A stretch of 64,000 bases of DNA from Malacoraja senta (Eukaryota), in NCBI GenBank assembly GCA_038087875.1, contig CM075988.1, positions 16,370,001-16,434,000 of the forward strand, in the 5' to 3' direction. Positions 1-12,912 of this stretch are shown here, piece by piece. Positions within the stretch are counted from its first letter, which is position 1. The number at the start of each line of letters is the position of its first letter. The position numbers and the translations under genes are program-made. The notes under the pieces are model-generated. The model worked only from the letters and a program-made list of their open reading frames with translations, had not been told where the DNA came from and did no database searches.

Positions 1-1389
1 TAGCCCCTTTAATGCTTTCCCAGGGGTGAGCCAAGAGTCAGGTTCAGTGAAAGCTGACTAATCCAAGACTTTAAACTCCAGCTGTAGATCATTGTGCACC
101 ATTGGGTGGCATTCTGTTTTGTACCCTAAGGCATCTGCCGTCTCCATGGAGATTTGAGTTGCAGTTTGCGGGTTTGCTGGAAGGGTCCAATGTGCAGAGC
201 TTGCAGTTAGTATTGAGGGGACGGTAAGCCAGATCTTGTCAGTGCACCGGTCCAAATAATAATGTGCTTGTGATTATTATTCTCGCCCGACTGCATTTTT
301 TCCTTTATTACCCACCAGTTTAATACCTACTGCTGCTATTTGCAGTCACAGATAATTCTTTGTTGAAATGCAGTACATCACGTTATTGGGATAGATTAGA
401 TCGTGGGGCAGAGGTCAGATTTTGTGCATGTCCTCTGAAACCACCTGGCTTTCCTCCGGGTGTCATTGTGATCACAGCTCTCTCGGGTAGAGAATTCCAA
501 AACCATTACAACCCATTGAGAGAAGAAATTCCTCTTCAGCTCCACCTGAAATGGGTGACACCCCCCCTTATTTTGAATTGGACTCATTACGTTTAGATAC
601 TCTCACTATGGGAAATATCCTCTCAGCATTCACACTATCAATCCTCGTTAGAATCTTATGTTCCAGTACAATCTCCTAAGGTTCTTCCCAACTCCACTGA
701 CTAGAAGGCCTCAACTACTCAACTTTCTTTAACTGTTATTTCTTTGTCACTTCCCCCCATGGATTGGCAGTGCAGTGATACATGAGGTAGTGATGCTGCC
801 TTACAGCTCCAGAGACCCTCAAGCCTGCCTGTGTGGAGTTTGCATGTTCTCGCTACCACTGCATTGTTTCCTCCCCGGGTGTTCCGGTTTCTTCCTACAA
901 CCCATAGACGGTGCGTAGGTGGGTTAATTGGCTCCTGTGCGTTTCCCCGAGTGTAGGCGGACAGGAGGAGAAACAGGATTGGCTGCATAGATGGACGGCA
1001 GAGATGGTGACAGCAAAAATAATGGGGGCGGGGGAAATTGGGGATTGCATGGGGAACTGGCATAAACTCGATGGACAGAACGGCCTGCTAGGTTTATGGG
1101 AAAATATGAAAAATAAAATAAAATCTAACTCCTTCAACCTAAGAATGAAGCTTTCACTGCTCAGCTCCAATCCAACTAGATTCTTCCTTATACACGGGGA
1201 CCAAGAGCCACACGCAGTAGAGCAGGTGTATTCCCAACACCGCCCCACAATATTGTGTCAGAAATATCCTCTTTTTAAACTCCACGCCCTTTGCAACAAA
1301 GGCCAACATTCCATCTGCCTCCCTAATTACTTGCTGCACCTGTATGCTAATAATTTGTTATATGTACTCGAATCCTGTAAATAGATTTC

Positions 1390-1940
1390 ACTGCATAGAA
1401 CAGTATAGAGTACAGCACAGGAGCAGGCTCTTCAGCCCACATTGTTTGTGCTGAACATGATGATTATAGCTGATCTTATCTCATCTGCCTGTACGTGATC
1501 CGTATCCCTCTATTCCCCGCACATCCACGTGCCTGTCTAAAATCCTCTCAAATCCCATTATTGTATCAGCCTCCTCCATCACCCCCTGGTAATGCGTTCC
1601 AGGGACCCCGCCACTCTCTCTAAAAAAAAAACTTGCCCCACTCATCTCAATTAAACTTTCCCGGTCTCACCTTATAGCTACACTCTCTAGTGTTGGACAT
1701 TTCCACCCTGGGGAAAAAGGTGGAAAAGGACTCATGGATGTTTACCCTATCCATGCTTACTATCAAGTCTCCCCTCAACCTCTGACATTCCAGAGAAAAC
1801 AATCCAAGATAATCCAACCTCTCCCTGTAGCTGTAACCCTCCAATCCAGGCAACATTCAGGTAAACCTCCTCTCCAAAGCTTCCACATCTTTCCTGTAAT
1901 GGGGCAACCAGAACTCTACACAATACTCCAAATAACGCAA
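1390..1940 (-). mobile_element. CR1 (HER1-like) LINE 3' fragment
   Basis: YSYRERLDYLGLFSLECQRLRGDLI, WLPHYRKDVEALER. Confidence 0.85.
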
Positions 1941-3069
1941 TGCCCACAATACTCTGCTTAAATAATGTACCTTTTTCAAATAACCTTGCATATCCCCATC
2001 TGCCAAATTCTTGCCCATTCGCTCCCGAACCTTGCTGGAAAGCCTCTGCAAACACGTTGTCCACCTCACAACTTGTAGACCCACTTATCTTTATACCATC
2101 AGCAAACATGGCTCCAGCAAACTCGGTTCCTTCATCCAAACCATTATTATGATAAGTGGTACAGGCCACCACAACACTGACTACTCTAGCACCTCACTAT
2201 TTTGCCGATTACCACTCCAAAAATGGATCATCTTTCCCGACTCTGTTTTCTGTCAGTAAGCAGGGGAACGTACAAACTCCGTACAGACAGCACCCATAGT
2301 CAGGATCGAACCCGTGTCTCTGACGCTGTCAGGCAGCAACTCTGCGCCACCATGCTGTCTTATGGCATTTGTTGCAACCATTGTATAGGCGAAAATTATG
2401 GAATGAAGAAACAAGGAACTGCAGATGCTGGTTTACAAAAAAAAGACACAAAGTATTGGTGTAACTCAGCAGGTCTGGCAGCAATTCTAGAGAACCTTCT
2501 TCAGACTCAAGGTGGCATTTTGTGTCAGGACCCAAGACGTCACCTATCCTTGTTCTCCAGAGATCGTAGAATGTTGCAGGCTAAATGGAAGCCATTTGCA
2601 CCTTTGTGACTAAACTAGCTTTAAAAAGAGATCTGAGAAGAAGCTCGTTAATAATAATAATAATAATAATAATAGATTTTATTTATATAGTGCTTTTCAA
2701 TTTGGGATGAGCTTTCAGACATCCGTATATTTATCCAATTTCCTTTGAAAATTATTATTGAGGCTATTTCTCTCATCTATTGAAACATTAATAACTTTTT
2801 AAATAAAAATCTTATCTCCCTCTTTTAGCAAAATCAAATAAATGACTTTATGAATGGGTTTTCAGCCATAAAGAACAGTGTGGACAGGAAATACAGTTCC
2901 TTTATACCTGGTAATGTTTAACACCACACTGTGATTCGTGGAGTACCTGACAGCATAGAGAATTAGAACAGATCTCCAAGTTCCTCCTATAAGAATGATT
3001 TGCATTTATCTAATTCCTTTCACAGCCTACGAATATCACATTGTCCAGGGATCTTCTAGCGGTGGATAA

Positions 3070-3416
3070 AACGATGAGAGGAATATATCAGGAAGATGGA
3101 CAGAGTCTTGCCCAGAGTAGGTGAATCAAGGACCAGAGGACATGGGTTTAAGGTGAAGGGGGAAAGATTTAATAGGAATCTGAGGGGCTACTTTTTCACA
3201 CAAAGGGTGGTAGGCGTATGGAACAAGCTGCCAGAGGAGGTAGTTGAGACAGAGACTATCCCAATGTGTCAGCAACAGTTAGACAGGTACACAGATAGGA
3301 CAGGTTTGGAGGGATATGGACCAAACGTGGGCAGGTGAGACTAGTGTAGCTGGGACATGTTGGCAAGTTGGGCCGAAGGGCCTGTTTCCATGCTGTATCA
3401 CTCTATGACTCTATGA
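3070..3416 (+). mobile_element. CR1 LINE 3' fragment
   Basis: SRTRGHGFKVKGERF..FFTQRVV.VWNKLP; (CTCTATGA)n tail. Confidence 0.85.
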
Positions 3417-3459
3417 AAGGCACTCGTGTGACGTGAAGCGTGGCGGCCAAGTTGTCCAC

Positions 3460-3735
3460 ACCAAGATCCCACAAACAGTGCTGAAGTTAGTAACGTCGTT
3501 GCTTTAGCCATTAGGCTGAAGGTTGGTTAGGGCACTGTGGTAATTCAAATAGTCCTTTGGATCTTTTAAATGAGGCAGAGTCCTTGGCTCAGTGTAAATG
3601 TCCCGTGCAGCAATGCAGCATTCCCCGTGATGGTGCCCGCCTGCATTCTGTGCTTAAATCTCCGCAGTAGGAGTTTGGGTCCACGATCTACTGATGTAGA
3701 GATGAGAGAGAGCCACGAACTAAGTCAAAGTTGGC
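3460..3735 (-). mobile_element. Old DeuSINE (SacSINE1/AmnSINE-like) relic; similar relics near 15785-16080 and 44830-45210
   Basis: Degenerate match to the recalled Deu-domain layout (CCCACAAACAG...AAATAGT...GGATCTTTTA...GCAGCA.TCCC); not verified by alignment. Confidence 0.45.
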
Positions 3736-4816
3736 ACCTCCGGTAATTTGCCAGCATAATTTTCTGATTTAAAACCCACTTCACTAATGCAACTATCCGC
3801 ATCAACAGTCGCTGGTAATTACATCTCTGGGCTGAGAGCCACGTAGCCTGTGTGGCCTCAGCCTGTCACACCGTCCATGATACTCACTTACTCACTCACT
3901 CACTGCACGAATGAGCAGATGCCAGGCAACAGCCTCGCTGCTAATGGCTTCACTTTATCTCACTTTCAACAACGATCATAAAGTCATAAGGAGTAGAATT
4001 AGGCCATTCGGCCCATCAAGTCTGCTCCGCCATTCAATCATGGCTGATCTATCTCTCCTAACCCCACTCTCCTGCCTCCTCTCCATAACCTCTGATACCG
4101 ATACTAATCAAGAATCTATCCATCTCGGCCTTAAAATATCCACTGACTTGGCCTCCACATCCTTCTCTGGCAAAGAATTCCACAGATTCACCACTCCCTG
4201 ACTAAAGAAATTTCTCCTCATCTCCTTCCTGAAAGAACGTCCTTTAATTCTGAGATTATGACCTCTCGTTCTAGACTTTGATTGCCTCTGACCCCGCAGC
4301 AAACTCCAGGTGCTGGGAGGGGTCTAGAAGTCTGGAATCATGTGGATGAGGAAAATGTCCCCTCCCCTCCTCCCTCCCCTGGCTGATTGTCCGTAGGGCA
4401 GTGGGTTTGTGGGTTCTCGGTATCTTTGCCAACTGATGTGGCCCCTCCTCTGTGTTTGCCCTTGCCCGAGTGACTGATTCTCCCCCTACGCCACTTGTTA
4501 ACTGGCATTCTAGATGTGCTAGCTTAGCTCAGTTGGTAGTGAACCGTTGACGGCTTTTCCTTACCCTTGTGGGTATAATATCGGCTTGTTATGTTGAGGG
4601 GTTTGCTGAGCCATCTGTTGTACTTGTGTAGGGTAACAATGGGGTCTACCAATGTTCTCAGATCCTTGATCCAGATATAAACAGAATACAAAAGCAAGGA
4701 AATTACAATGGCCTGTTTCCTTTATCGCTGTTACTTTTTTGCATATCTTTTATTCATTGTTCTTTATCTCTCCACATCATCGTCTATATCTCTTGTTTCC
4801 CTTCTCCCTAACCAGT

Positions 4817-4844
4817 CTGAAGACGGGTCTCGACCCGAAACGTC
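4817..4844 (+). ncRNA. Minimal hammerhead motif in PLE pLTR fragment (about 4710-4910)
   Basis: CTGAAGA-C-GGGTCTCGACCC-GAAA-CGTC. Confidence 0.65.
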
Positions 4845-5148
4845 ACCCATTCCTTCTCTCCAGAGATGCTGCCTGGCCCGCTGAGTTACTCCAGCACTTT
4901 GTGTCTATCTCCCACTAATATATCATTTCTGAACCCTCTCCTGACCTTTTAGCACCTCTGGAGTAAAAGGATGGTGATGTTTTGTGTCAGGAGGCCCACC
5001 AATGTGCTCAGATGTACTCTGAAACTCCCAAAACATGATTCACAGAGCAGGAGTCCGAGCCACAATCCCTTCCCCAGTCAGCAGCAACGAGAAGCAAATG
5101 AAGTGGCCTTTCCTCACAGCTCCTGGGACAAAACAGCTCCTGTATTTG

Positions 5149-5368
5149 TGTTAAAGAAGGAACTGCAGATGCTGGAAAATCGAAGGTACACAAAAGTGCT
5201 GGAGAAACTCAGCGGGTGCAGCAGCATCTATGGAGCGAAGGAAATAGGCAACGTTTCGGGCCGAAACCTTTCGGGTCTGAAGAAGGGTTTCGGCCCGAAA
5301 CGTTGCCTATTTCCTTCGCTCCATAGATGCTGCTGCACCCGCTGAGTTTCTCCAGCATTTTTGTGTAC
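5149..5368. mobile_element. Fold-back (inverted pLTR) PLE-derived short element with hammerhead motif at 5277-5304
   Basis: About 85-bp inverted arms (5185-5270 / 5281-5369); 15-bp TSD CAGCTCCTGTATTTG. Confidence 0.85.
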
Positions 5369-5992
5369 CAGCTCCTGTATTTGCCTGCTTTGCCACACTT
5401 TAAATCATCTGAAATTGCTTGACAGAAGCTTTTTGATGAGATAAAGAGCTAATAAAATGCAAATGCTACTGTTAAATTCAACTTGTCATGATGAATTGAC
5501 GTTGCTGGCACAAGATGTATATTAATGGCTGTGCTTTGCGGATTAGCAGAGATCAGCACTTTGGAAACAAAGGCAATCCAATCCTACTGCCAATCTCATT
5601 CAACCCCTGGAACAGGGGGAAGGGCATTGACTGGGCTCTTCATTTAGTTTTTGACTGATTTCTACCTTTACTCAATTTGGATGCTGAGCACTTTATCCCT
5701 CATTGCCTTATCTAAAACAAATAACCACCCTTCCTCGACTTGAAGCCTCCACTGGCTGGATTCTACAGGCTTTTGTGCAGAGACCTCCAGTTAGTCACTC
5801 CTCTCTGCATTGTGCACTGTTTACACTACCTGGTTCCACACCAGATTGGAAAAGTTGGCTCGTCTCCAGTGGTGAAACTAAGCCATCTCGCGCAATTGGT
5901 AAGAAAGTGGCTGACACAATGAATACATGTGGGTTAAATCAGCAATCGTAATGCTGTGACCTGATTGCAGAGATTTACTTTTCATTACATTG

Positions 5993-7175
5993 AAGATAGA
6001 CACAAAAGGCTGGAGTAACTCAAGCAGGCATCATCTCTGGAGAGAAGGAATGGGTGACATTTTGTGTCGAGACCCTTCTTCAGACTGGTTAGGGATAAGG
6101 GAAACGAGACATATAGACGGTGATGTGGAGAGAAAAAGAATAATGAATGAAGGATGTGCAAAAAAGTAACAATGACAAAGGAAACATTGTAAGCTGTTCG
6201 TAGGGTGAAAATGAGAAGCTAGTGCGACTTGGGTGGGGGATAGAGAGAGAGAGAGGGAATGCCAGGGTTACCTGAAGTGAGAGAAATCAAAATTCATACG
6301 ACTGGGCTGTAAGCTGCCCAAGCGAAATATGAGATGCTGTTCCTCCAATTTGCGTTTAGCCTCACTCTGATAATGGAGGAGACTGAGGGCAGGAAGGTCA
6401 GTGTGGGAATGGGAAGGAGAATTAAAGTGCCCAGCAACCGGGAGATCAGGTTGGTTCAGGCAGGCTGAGCGAAGGTGTTCCGCGAAACGATCGCCCAGTC
6501 TGCGTTTGGTCTCGCCGATGTATAAGAGTCCACATCTTGAACAACGTATACAGTAGATGAGGTTGGAGGAGGTGCAAGTGAACCTCTGCCTCACCTGAAA
6601 GGACCTGTCGGGGTCCCTGGACAGAGTGGATGGAGGAGGTGTAGTGACAGGTGTTGCATCTTCTGCGGTTGTAGGGGAAGGTACCTGGGTTTGGATGGGA
6701 AGGGATGAGTTAACCAGGGAGTTGTGGAGGGAACGGTCTCTGCGGAAGGCAGAAAGGGGTGGAGATGGGAAAATGTGGCTAGTGGTGGGATCCCGTTGGA
6801 GGTGGAGGAAATTTCGGAAGATTATGTGTTGTATGCGATGGCTGGTGAAGTGGAAGGTAAGGACTAGGGGGGCTGTCTCTGTTGTGACTAGGGGGAGGGG
6901 GAGCAAGGGTTGCAGGATACCGAGGAGACACGAGTGAGGGCCTCATCAATGATTGGAGAGGGGAACCCCCATTCCCCAGAGAATGAGGACATCTCGGATG
7001 TTCTAGTATGGAACACCTCATCTTGGGTGCAGATATGGTGTAGACGGAGGAATTGGGAGTAGGAGATAGAGACTTTGCAGGAAGCAGGGTGGGAAGAAGT
7101 GTAGTCGAGATAGTCAGTAGTCTTGTGATGGGGACTGTGGGATCAAGAAAGGGGAGGGAGGTGTCGGAGATGGAG
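5993..7175 (-). mobile_element. Penelope-like element fragment (GIY-YIG, frameshifted) with pLTR
   Basis: ORF 6268-6906 (-) with NLIYCIRCSRCGLLYIGETKRRLGDRFAEH; pLTR at about 5995-6090. Confidence 0.88.
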
Positions 7176-7387
7176 GAAGCATGGAAACAAGCCCACTTAG
7201 TCCACACCAAGCATCGAGCACCCATTTACACTAACTCGAAACATATCCTGTATCATCCTGCTCACATTCCCATCTACCCTCCAAATTCTATGACCCACCT
7301 CCACTTGGGGCAATTTACAGGGGCTGGTTAACCTGCCTATCTGCACCTCTTTGGATGTCACATGGAGAATGTGCAATCTCCACATGC

Positions 7388-7690
7388 ACGGTGGCGCAGC
7401 GATAGAGTTGCTGCCTTACAGCGCCAGAGACCCAGCTTTGATCCTGACTACGGGTGCTGTCTGTACGGAGTTTGTACGTTCTCTTCGTGACCTGCGTGGA
7501 TTTTCTCTGAGATCTTCAGTTTCCCACCACATTCCAAAGACGTACAGGTTTGTAGATTAATTGGCTTGGTGTAAATGTAAAATTGTTCCCTTTGTGGGTA
7601 GAGTAGTACTAATATGCGGGGATCGCCAGTTGGCACGAACTCGGTGGGTCGATGGGCCTGTTTCCATGTTGTATCTCTAAACTAAAAAAG
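7388..7690 (+). mobile_element. tRNA-derived V-SINE (HE1-like) with CR1-derived tail
   Basis: A/B-box-like head GGTGGCGCAGCG...GATCC, V-domain GGAGTTTGTACGTTCTC...CCCACATTCCAAAGAC, tail GGGCCTGTTTCC..TATCTCTAAACTAA. Confidence 0.85.
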
Positions 7691-8299
7691 TGCTGGAGGT
7701 CAGGGTCAAATCCGGATTATAGTCATATAGCATGGAAACATGCTCTTCTGCCCAGCTTTGTCTGTGCCAACCAACCTGTGCCCCTTCTGAGTTAGTCCCA
7801 TTTCCCCGTATTTGGCCCATATCCCTCTAAACTACTATCCACGTACATGTCCAAATGTCTTTTAAATGGATCATTGCTATCTGCGACACCAGGTCTACTA
7901 CCTGTACCACTGTGCTACCTCTGGAGTTCTGAGGGGGAAGTTTTTCACGCAGGGGCTGTTGAATATTTGGATCGAGCTGCCAAAGGAAGTAGTGGAGGCA
8001 ATAGTAATTACAGTGTCTAAAGGGACAGGGAATTGGATAACAAATGAGCAGAGGGATAGGGGCCTAATGCAGGCCAATAGTATTACTTTAGGTAGGCATC
8101 ACCATTGGCGTGGATGAGGTGGGCCTCAAGGGCCTGTTTCTGTGGGGTACGCTTCTCAGATTCACTGGTCAGTCGGAGAACTTGGAGGGCATCTCTTGAC
8201 AAGAACATCCTCCAGGAGGGAGAGTCTGCTGATCTGAAAGATTCTCTGATGCACCGTTGCACCACTGCAACTATCTCCAATGTCCCCATGGCATGCATT

Positions 8300-8383
8300 T
8301 GTGCACAGAGACACAAACGCACAATCACACACACAGACAAGGTCACACACACACACACAGACACGGTCACACGCACACAGGCG

Positions 8384-8423
<40 letters not shown>

Positions 8424-8545
8424 GACACAAACACACACAGAGACACGGTCACATGCACACAGACAGGCGCACACACACAGACAGGCTGGTGCACACACAC
8501 CCAGCCAAAGTGACTGTCAGACACAGACAGACAGACAGACACACG
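8300..8545. repeat. Imperfect (CA)n/(CAGA)n microsatellite
   Basis: Direct reading. Confidence 0.95.
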
Positions 8546-9390
8546 CCTTGAACCAAGAGTTAAGTGTTGATAAAAATCCTCCACACAAGGTCACTCCCAC
8601 CTCTTTCCCAACAATATGTTCCTCTTTTCCTTTGATGTTTTCTGCTTCCTCAGTTAGCAAACATTTCTGCCCTCATTTGATGGTCTCATATCCTGGCTGC
8701 CAGCAGTAAACACTAAATTTCATCTAATTTAAGAAGTGCAGTTTCTTAAATTAGATTCCGAAGATTATCTGTGTGTAGCTTTCCTGCCTGTTTAATCATC
8801 TTTGCCAGCATGGTCTGCTTTGTATGCTGGCCTCTTTCAAGTATAATTTGCATTTGTTCATAATCTGTAAAGCAGCAAAATATCTTTAAAGGAAATCACA
8901 AGATAAAATTTGATGAGGAAGGAATGATGAGATATTGGCCTGCCGGAAGTTGACCACAGAGGCGGACTTTAAAGGTTATACTTTAATGCAGGAGGTAGTA
9001 GAGTTAAACATAGAACAGGACAGCACAGAAACAGGCCATTCGGCCCACGTGCCGATCACGATGCTAAATTAAACTAATCTCCTCTGCCCCCACGTGATCC
9101 ATCGGCAAGCATTCCCTGCAGATCCATGCACCTATTGAAAAGCCTCTTCAACACCTCTATTGTTCTGCTGCCACTACCACCCTAGGCAACGTCTTCCAGG
9201 TACCCACCACCCTCTGTGTAAAAATAAAACTTACCCGCATATCTCCTTTCAACTTTCCCCCTGTGATCTTAAAGCTATGGCCTCTAGTCCTTCACAATTC
9301 CACCCTGAGGAAAAAGGTTCAGATTGTCTTCAAATAAAACTGGAGAAAATTGATAGGTGACATCGTGGGCAGTAACTAGAGCACCAGGAG

Positions 9391-10434
9391 TAGCAATGTT
9401 ACAACATTTTGAGATTTTAAAAATAAAGTCTGTAATTTATCCCATCAGATAAAGCATAAAAAGAAGTTGAATTTGACACCTAATTCACTTTCATATCTTC
9501 AGTATTAAAAAAGTTATGGCCATTTTCATACTCGGAAATTAGCATCTTGTTCCCTATTGCTTTTTCATTGACTTAACACAAAAGCTGTGATCGAGGACAG
9601 TCAAAAGCCCATAACTTTCTTAAAAATTAAGAGAACTGAAAGAAATTTTCAGTTATTATAGATTGAAGCATTCTAAAACAAATATGAAACAATCTTACTT
9701 AGATGACATGAAATTAAAGCATATAATTAGTTAGTTACCTAATTGTAGCCAATTACAAAATTCAATTACTATATCTAAACATCTATCAATTTCTTAAGAA
9801 TAGATTAACATTTTTAAATAGCCTAAGTGTCCAAATAACATTCACACAAGAATTCACAATATAACATAATTTTAAAATCTCATTGTCATGGATTTACAGG
9901 CCAAATGGAAGGAATTGAATGTTTAATACCTGTAAATTAATGGCCATTTAAATAATCTTGCGAGTGAGGTTTTCTGGAACGCGATCATTTGGAACGTTGA
10001 TTTGCGGTGAATTTAACCCCGTATCGGCATGAAAAATACTGCCGTTAGTTCGGGGAAAGGAATCACCGTTTCGCATTAAAAAATGTGAATTAAAGGCTTC
10101 TTAAGAAGCACTTTTATACATTAAAATAAACTACTTTCGTTTACCTGTCCCGTGTGTGAAATCCGTCCCCGTTGTCGGCGTTGACGGCTTCAGAAGCTGA
10201 TTTTTAAATGACTCCAGCGCTGACATTGTCGATCGAATAAAAATTAAAAAAACACAAAACGCCCGTCGGAACGATTTTTCAGCAAACGCTTGTACTCCAA
10301 CGAAATATAACCCAGGACAAGGTAGGAGAAACCCACATTTTAACCCCACCCCCCCCCTTAAAGGCGTCAAAATCGCGCACACGGCCAGTGGCAGAATTGC
10401 AGCGCCGCTGAAGGTAAGTATTGTAACATACCTA
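9391..10434. mobile_element. Non-autonomous DNA transposon (hAT-like, tentative) inserted in a V-SINE
   Basis: Imperfect 14-bp TIR TAG(CA/GT)ATGTTACAA; TSD CCAGGAG (7-8 bp); removing it restores SINE sequence GAGCACCAGGAGGAAACCC. Confidence 0.7.
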
Positions 10435-11344
10435 CCAGGAGGAAACCCACGCGGTCACAGGGATAGTGTGAAAACCCCACACAGACAGCACCCGAGGTCA
10501 GGATCGAACCAGGTTCTATGACAGCAGCTCTACCAGGTGTGCCACTGTGCTGCATCCATCAAAATTAGTTGGCAAGCTGACACACACTCTCACTCTCCCT
10601 CTCTCCCTTATCTAACCTACCGAGTGATAAATTTAATTTTTTCTAGTTTTATTTCATTTTTTTTTTCTCCCTATAGAACGATTTAAATAAAATGAAAGCG
10701 GAGACTTAGAGAATTATTAATGCCCCACTTGCTGAAGTTACGAGCAGAGTGGTTAGGCTCCTGACCTGAAGATCAGATCTGATCAGAGATGCTCACCGAC
10801 CTAGACTGCAGGATTAAATGAGATTGCTCCGTACTGAAGGCAACATTTAAGCCGCTTTAGAGAAGAGTAATCTCGCCACAAGTAATTTTTGCAAGTGATT
10901 CGAAATGCCGTAGATTCCAGTGCTTATATTAAAGACGCAAGCACGTGTCATGAAATGGACAATTGAAAGAATTGCAGGTTGGAAACAGAAATGAAATCAG
11001 GAAACGCTGGAAACACGCGGCAGGTAGGGCAGCATCTGTAGAGGGAGAATATTAACGTTTCAGATCAAAGACCCAGCAGCAGATGGATCACAGCAGATGG
11101 GAGAACTTGCGCAATGTTTGAAACATCTCAGGAAAGAGAGTTCTGATGAAAGGTTTTTGACCCAGAAAATCAACCTTCTCTCATTCTACAGATGCTGCTT
11201 TATCAACAAGAAAAGGAATTGTTTTTATTTGTAGGTAGGAGAGAGGAATCACCTCATGATCACCCTCGTTATCACCTCGTCCACAGCCAACACGGAACCA
11301 TTATGGGCTCCATCGTTCCTGAGTCACCGGTGCCGGCTCTCATT

Positions 11345-11660
11345 TAGTTTAGTTTAGAGATACAGCTCGGAAACAGGCCCTTCAGCCCACCGAGTCCAAG
11401 CCGACCGGTGATCCCTGCACACTAACACTATCCTACACACACTAGGAACAATTTACACTTATACCAAGCCAATTAACCTACAAACCTGTACATCTTTGGA
11501 GTGTGGGAGGAAACCGAAGATCTCGGAGAAAACCCACGTGGTCATGGGGAGAATGTACAATATCCATACTGACAGCACCCAGAGTCAGAATCGAACCCGG
11601 GTCTCTGGTGCTGCAAGTGCTGTAAGGCAGCAACTCTACCGCTGTGCCACCGTGCTGCCC
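11345..11660 (-). mobile_element. V-SINE (HE1-like)
   Basis: Reverse complement of the same family, nested in a PLE 3' UTR. Confidence 0.85.
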
Positions 11661-12454
11661 AATTGTTTGGGATCTTTTCATACCTCTAATTTCCCTCTCC
11701 CGTGACTGTCAGTCCTGAAACAAGATTTCAATGATTGATTTGAAAGACATTTGGACAGGTACATGGATAGTGAAGGATTAGAGGGATATGGGTCAAACAT
11801 GGGGAAATGGGACTAACTTAAATGGGGGCATCTTGGTTGGCACAGGCTCTCAACTCGAAATGTCACCTATTCCTTTTTACCAGAGATGCTGCCTGACTCA
11901 CTGAGTTACTCCAGCATTGTGTGTCTATCTCTAATTGTCTTCATCTGTTGGGTGAGGCTGATTTGGGCTTTAGTTAATTGGTTGATGAGGGTTGTATTGA
12001 GAGAAAACGTGTCGGAATTAAAATAATGCTTTAAAAAAAGGAGGGATTGAAGATAATTTTTGCCTTAATGAAATTGTTAGTTATGGTTGTGAGCTCACTG
12101 CCAGAGAGTGAGGGGGAAGCAGTTGCAATGGTAACTTTCAAAAGACATTAGATTAAAAAGTTGATCGTAGGGAATTGGGACTAGTTGGTGAGCCCACTCA
12201 AAGCCCCCTTTGCGGGAACAACGGACAAATGGGCCTGGAAATCCCTGCATAAAGGGGTACACTGTGTTGATTGCAGAGGTGAGTGCAGCCAAGTCATCAC
12301 AGTTTAACAGGACACAGCATTTGGGTTTGCATGAAGATGGTTTACCAGGGGGAGGTCCTGGATTTCAGCTGCCATCCTCAGTCAGAACTCTCCACGAGGT
12401 GGGAACATTATGAGGCAGGGAAATAAAACTGTTTTGGAATATGCAGGGTATCAT

Positions 12455-12912
12455 AGGATCATAAGATCTTGTGATAGGAGCAGAATTAGGCCATTCGGCC
12501 CATCAGGTCTACTCCACCATTCAATCATGGCTGATCTATCTCTCCATCCTAACCCCATTCTCCTGCCTTCTCCCCATAATCTCTGACACCTGTACTAATC
12601 AAGAATCTATCTATCTCTACCTTAAAATTATCCACTGGCTTGGCCTCCACAGCCTTCCATGGCAAAGAACTCCACAGATTCACCACCCTCTGACTAGATA
12701 AATTCATCCTCATCTCCTTCCTAAAAGAACATCCTTTAATTCTGAGGCCATGACCTCTAGACCTAGACTCTCCCACTAGTGGAAACATCCACTCCACATC
12801 CACTCTATCCAAGCCTTTCCCTATTCTGTACGTTTCAATGAGGTCCCCCCTCATTCTTCTAAACTCCAGCGAGTACAGGCCCAGTGCTGTCAAACGCTCA
12901 TCATATGTTATA
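12455..12912 (-). mobile_element. CR1 LINE 3' fragment (related pieces near 3975-4280, 17268-18020, 28530-28850, 51895-52078)
   Basis: YDERLTALGLYSLEFRRMRGDLIETY...SRGHGLRIKG...QRVVNLW. Confidence 0.88.

Noticed and set aside
7388..7460. tRNA gene
   Set aside because: tRNA-like head of a V-SINE that continues into V-domain and LINE tail; no intact cloverleaf
8083..8709. Several 117-150-aa ORFs (HTHT/CVCV)
   Set aside because: Translations of a CA microsatellite
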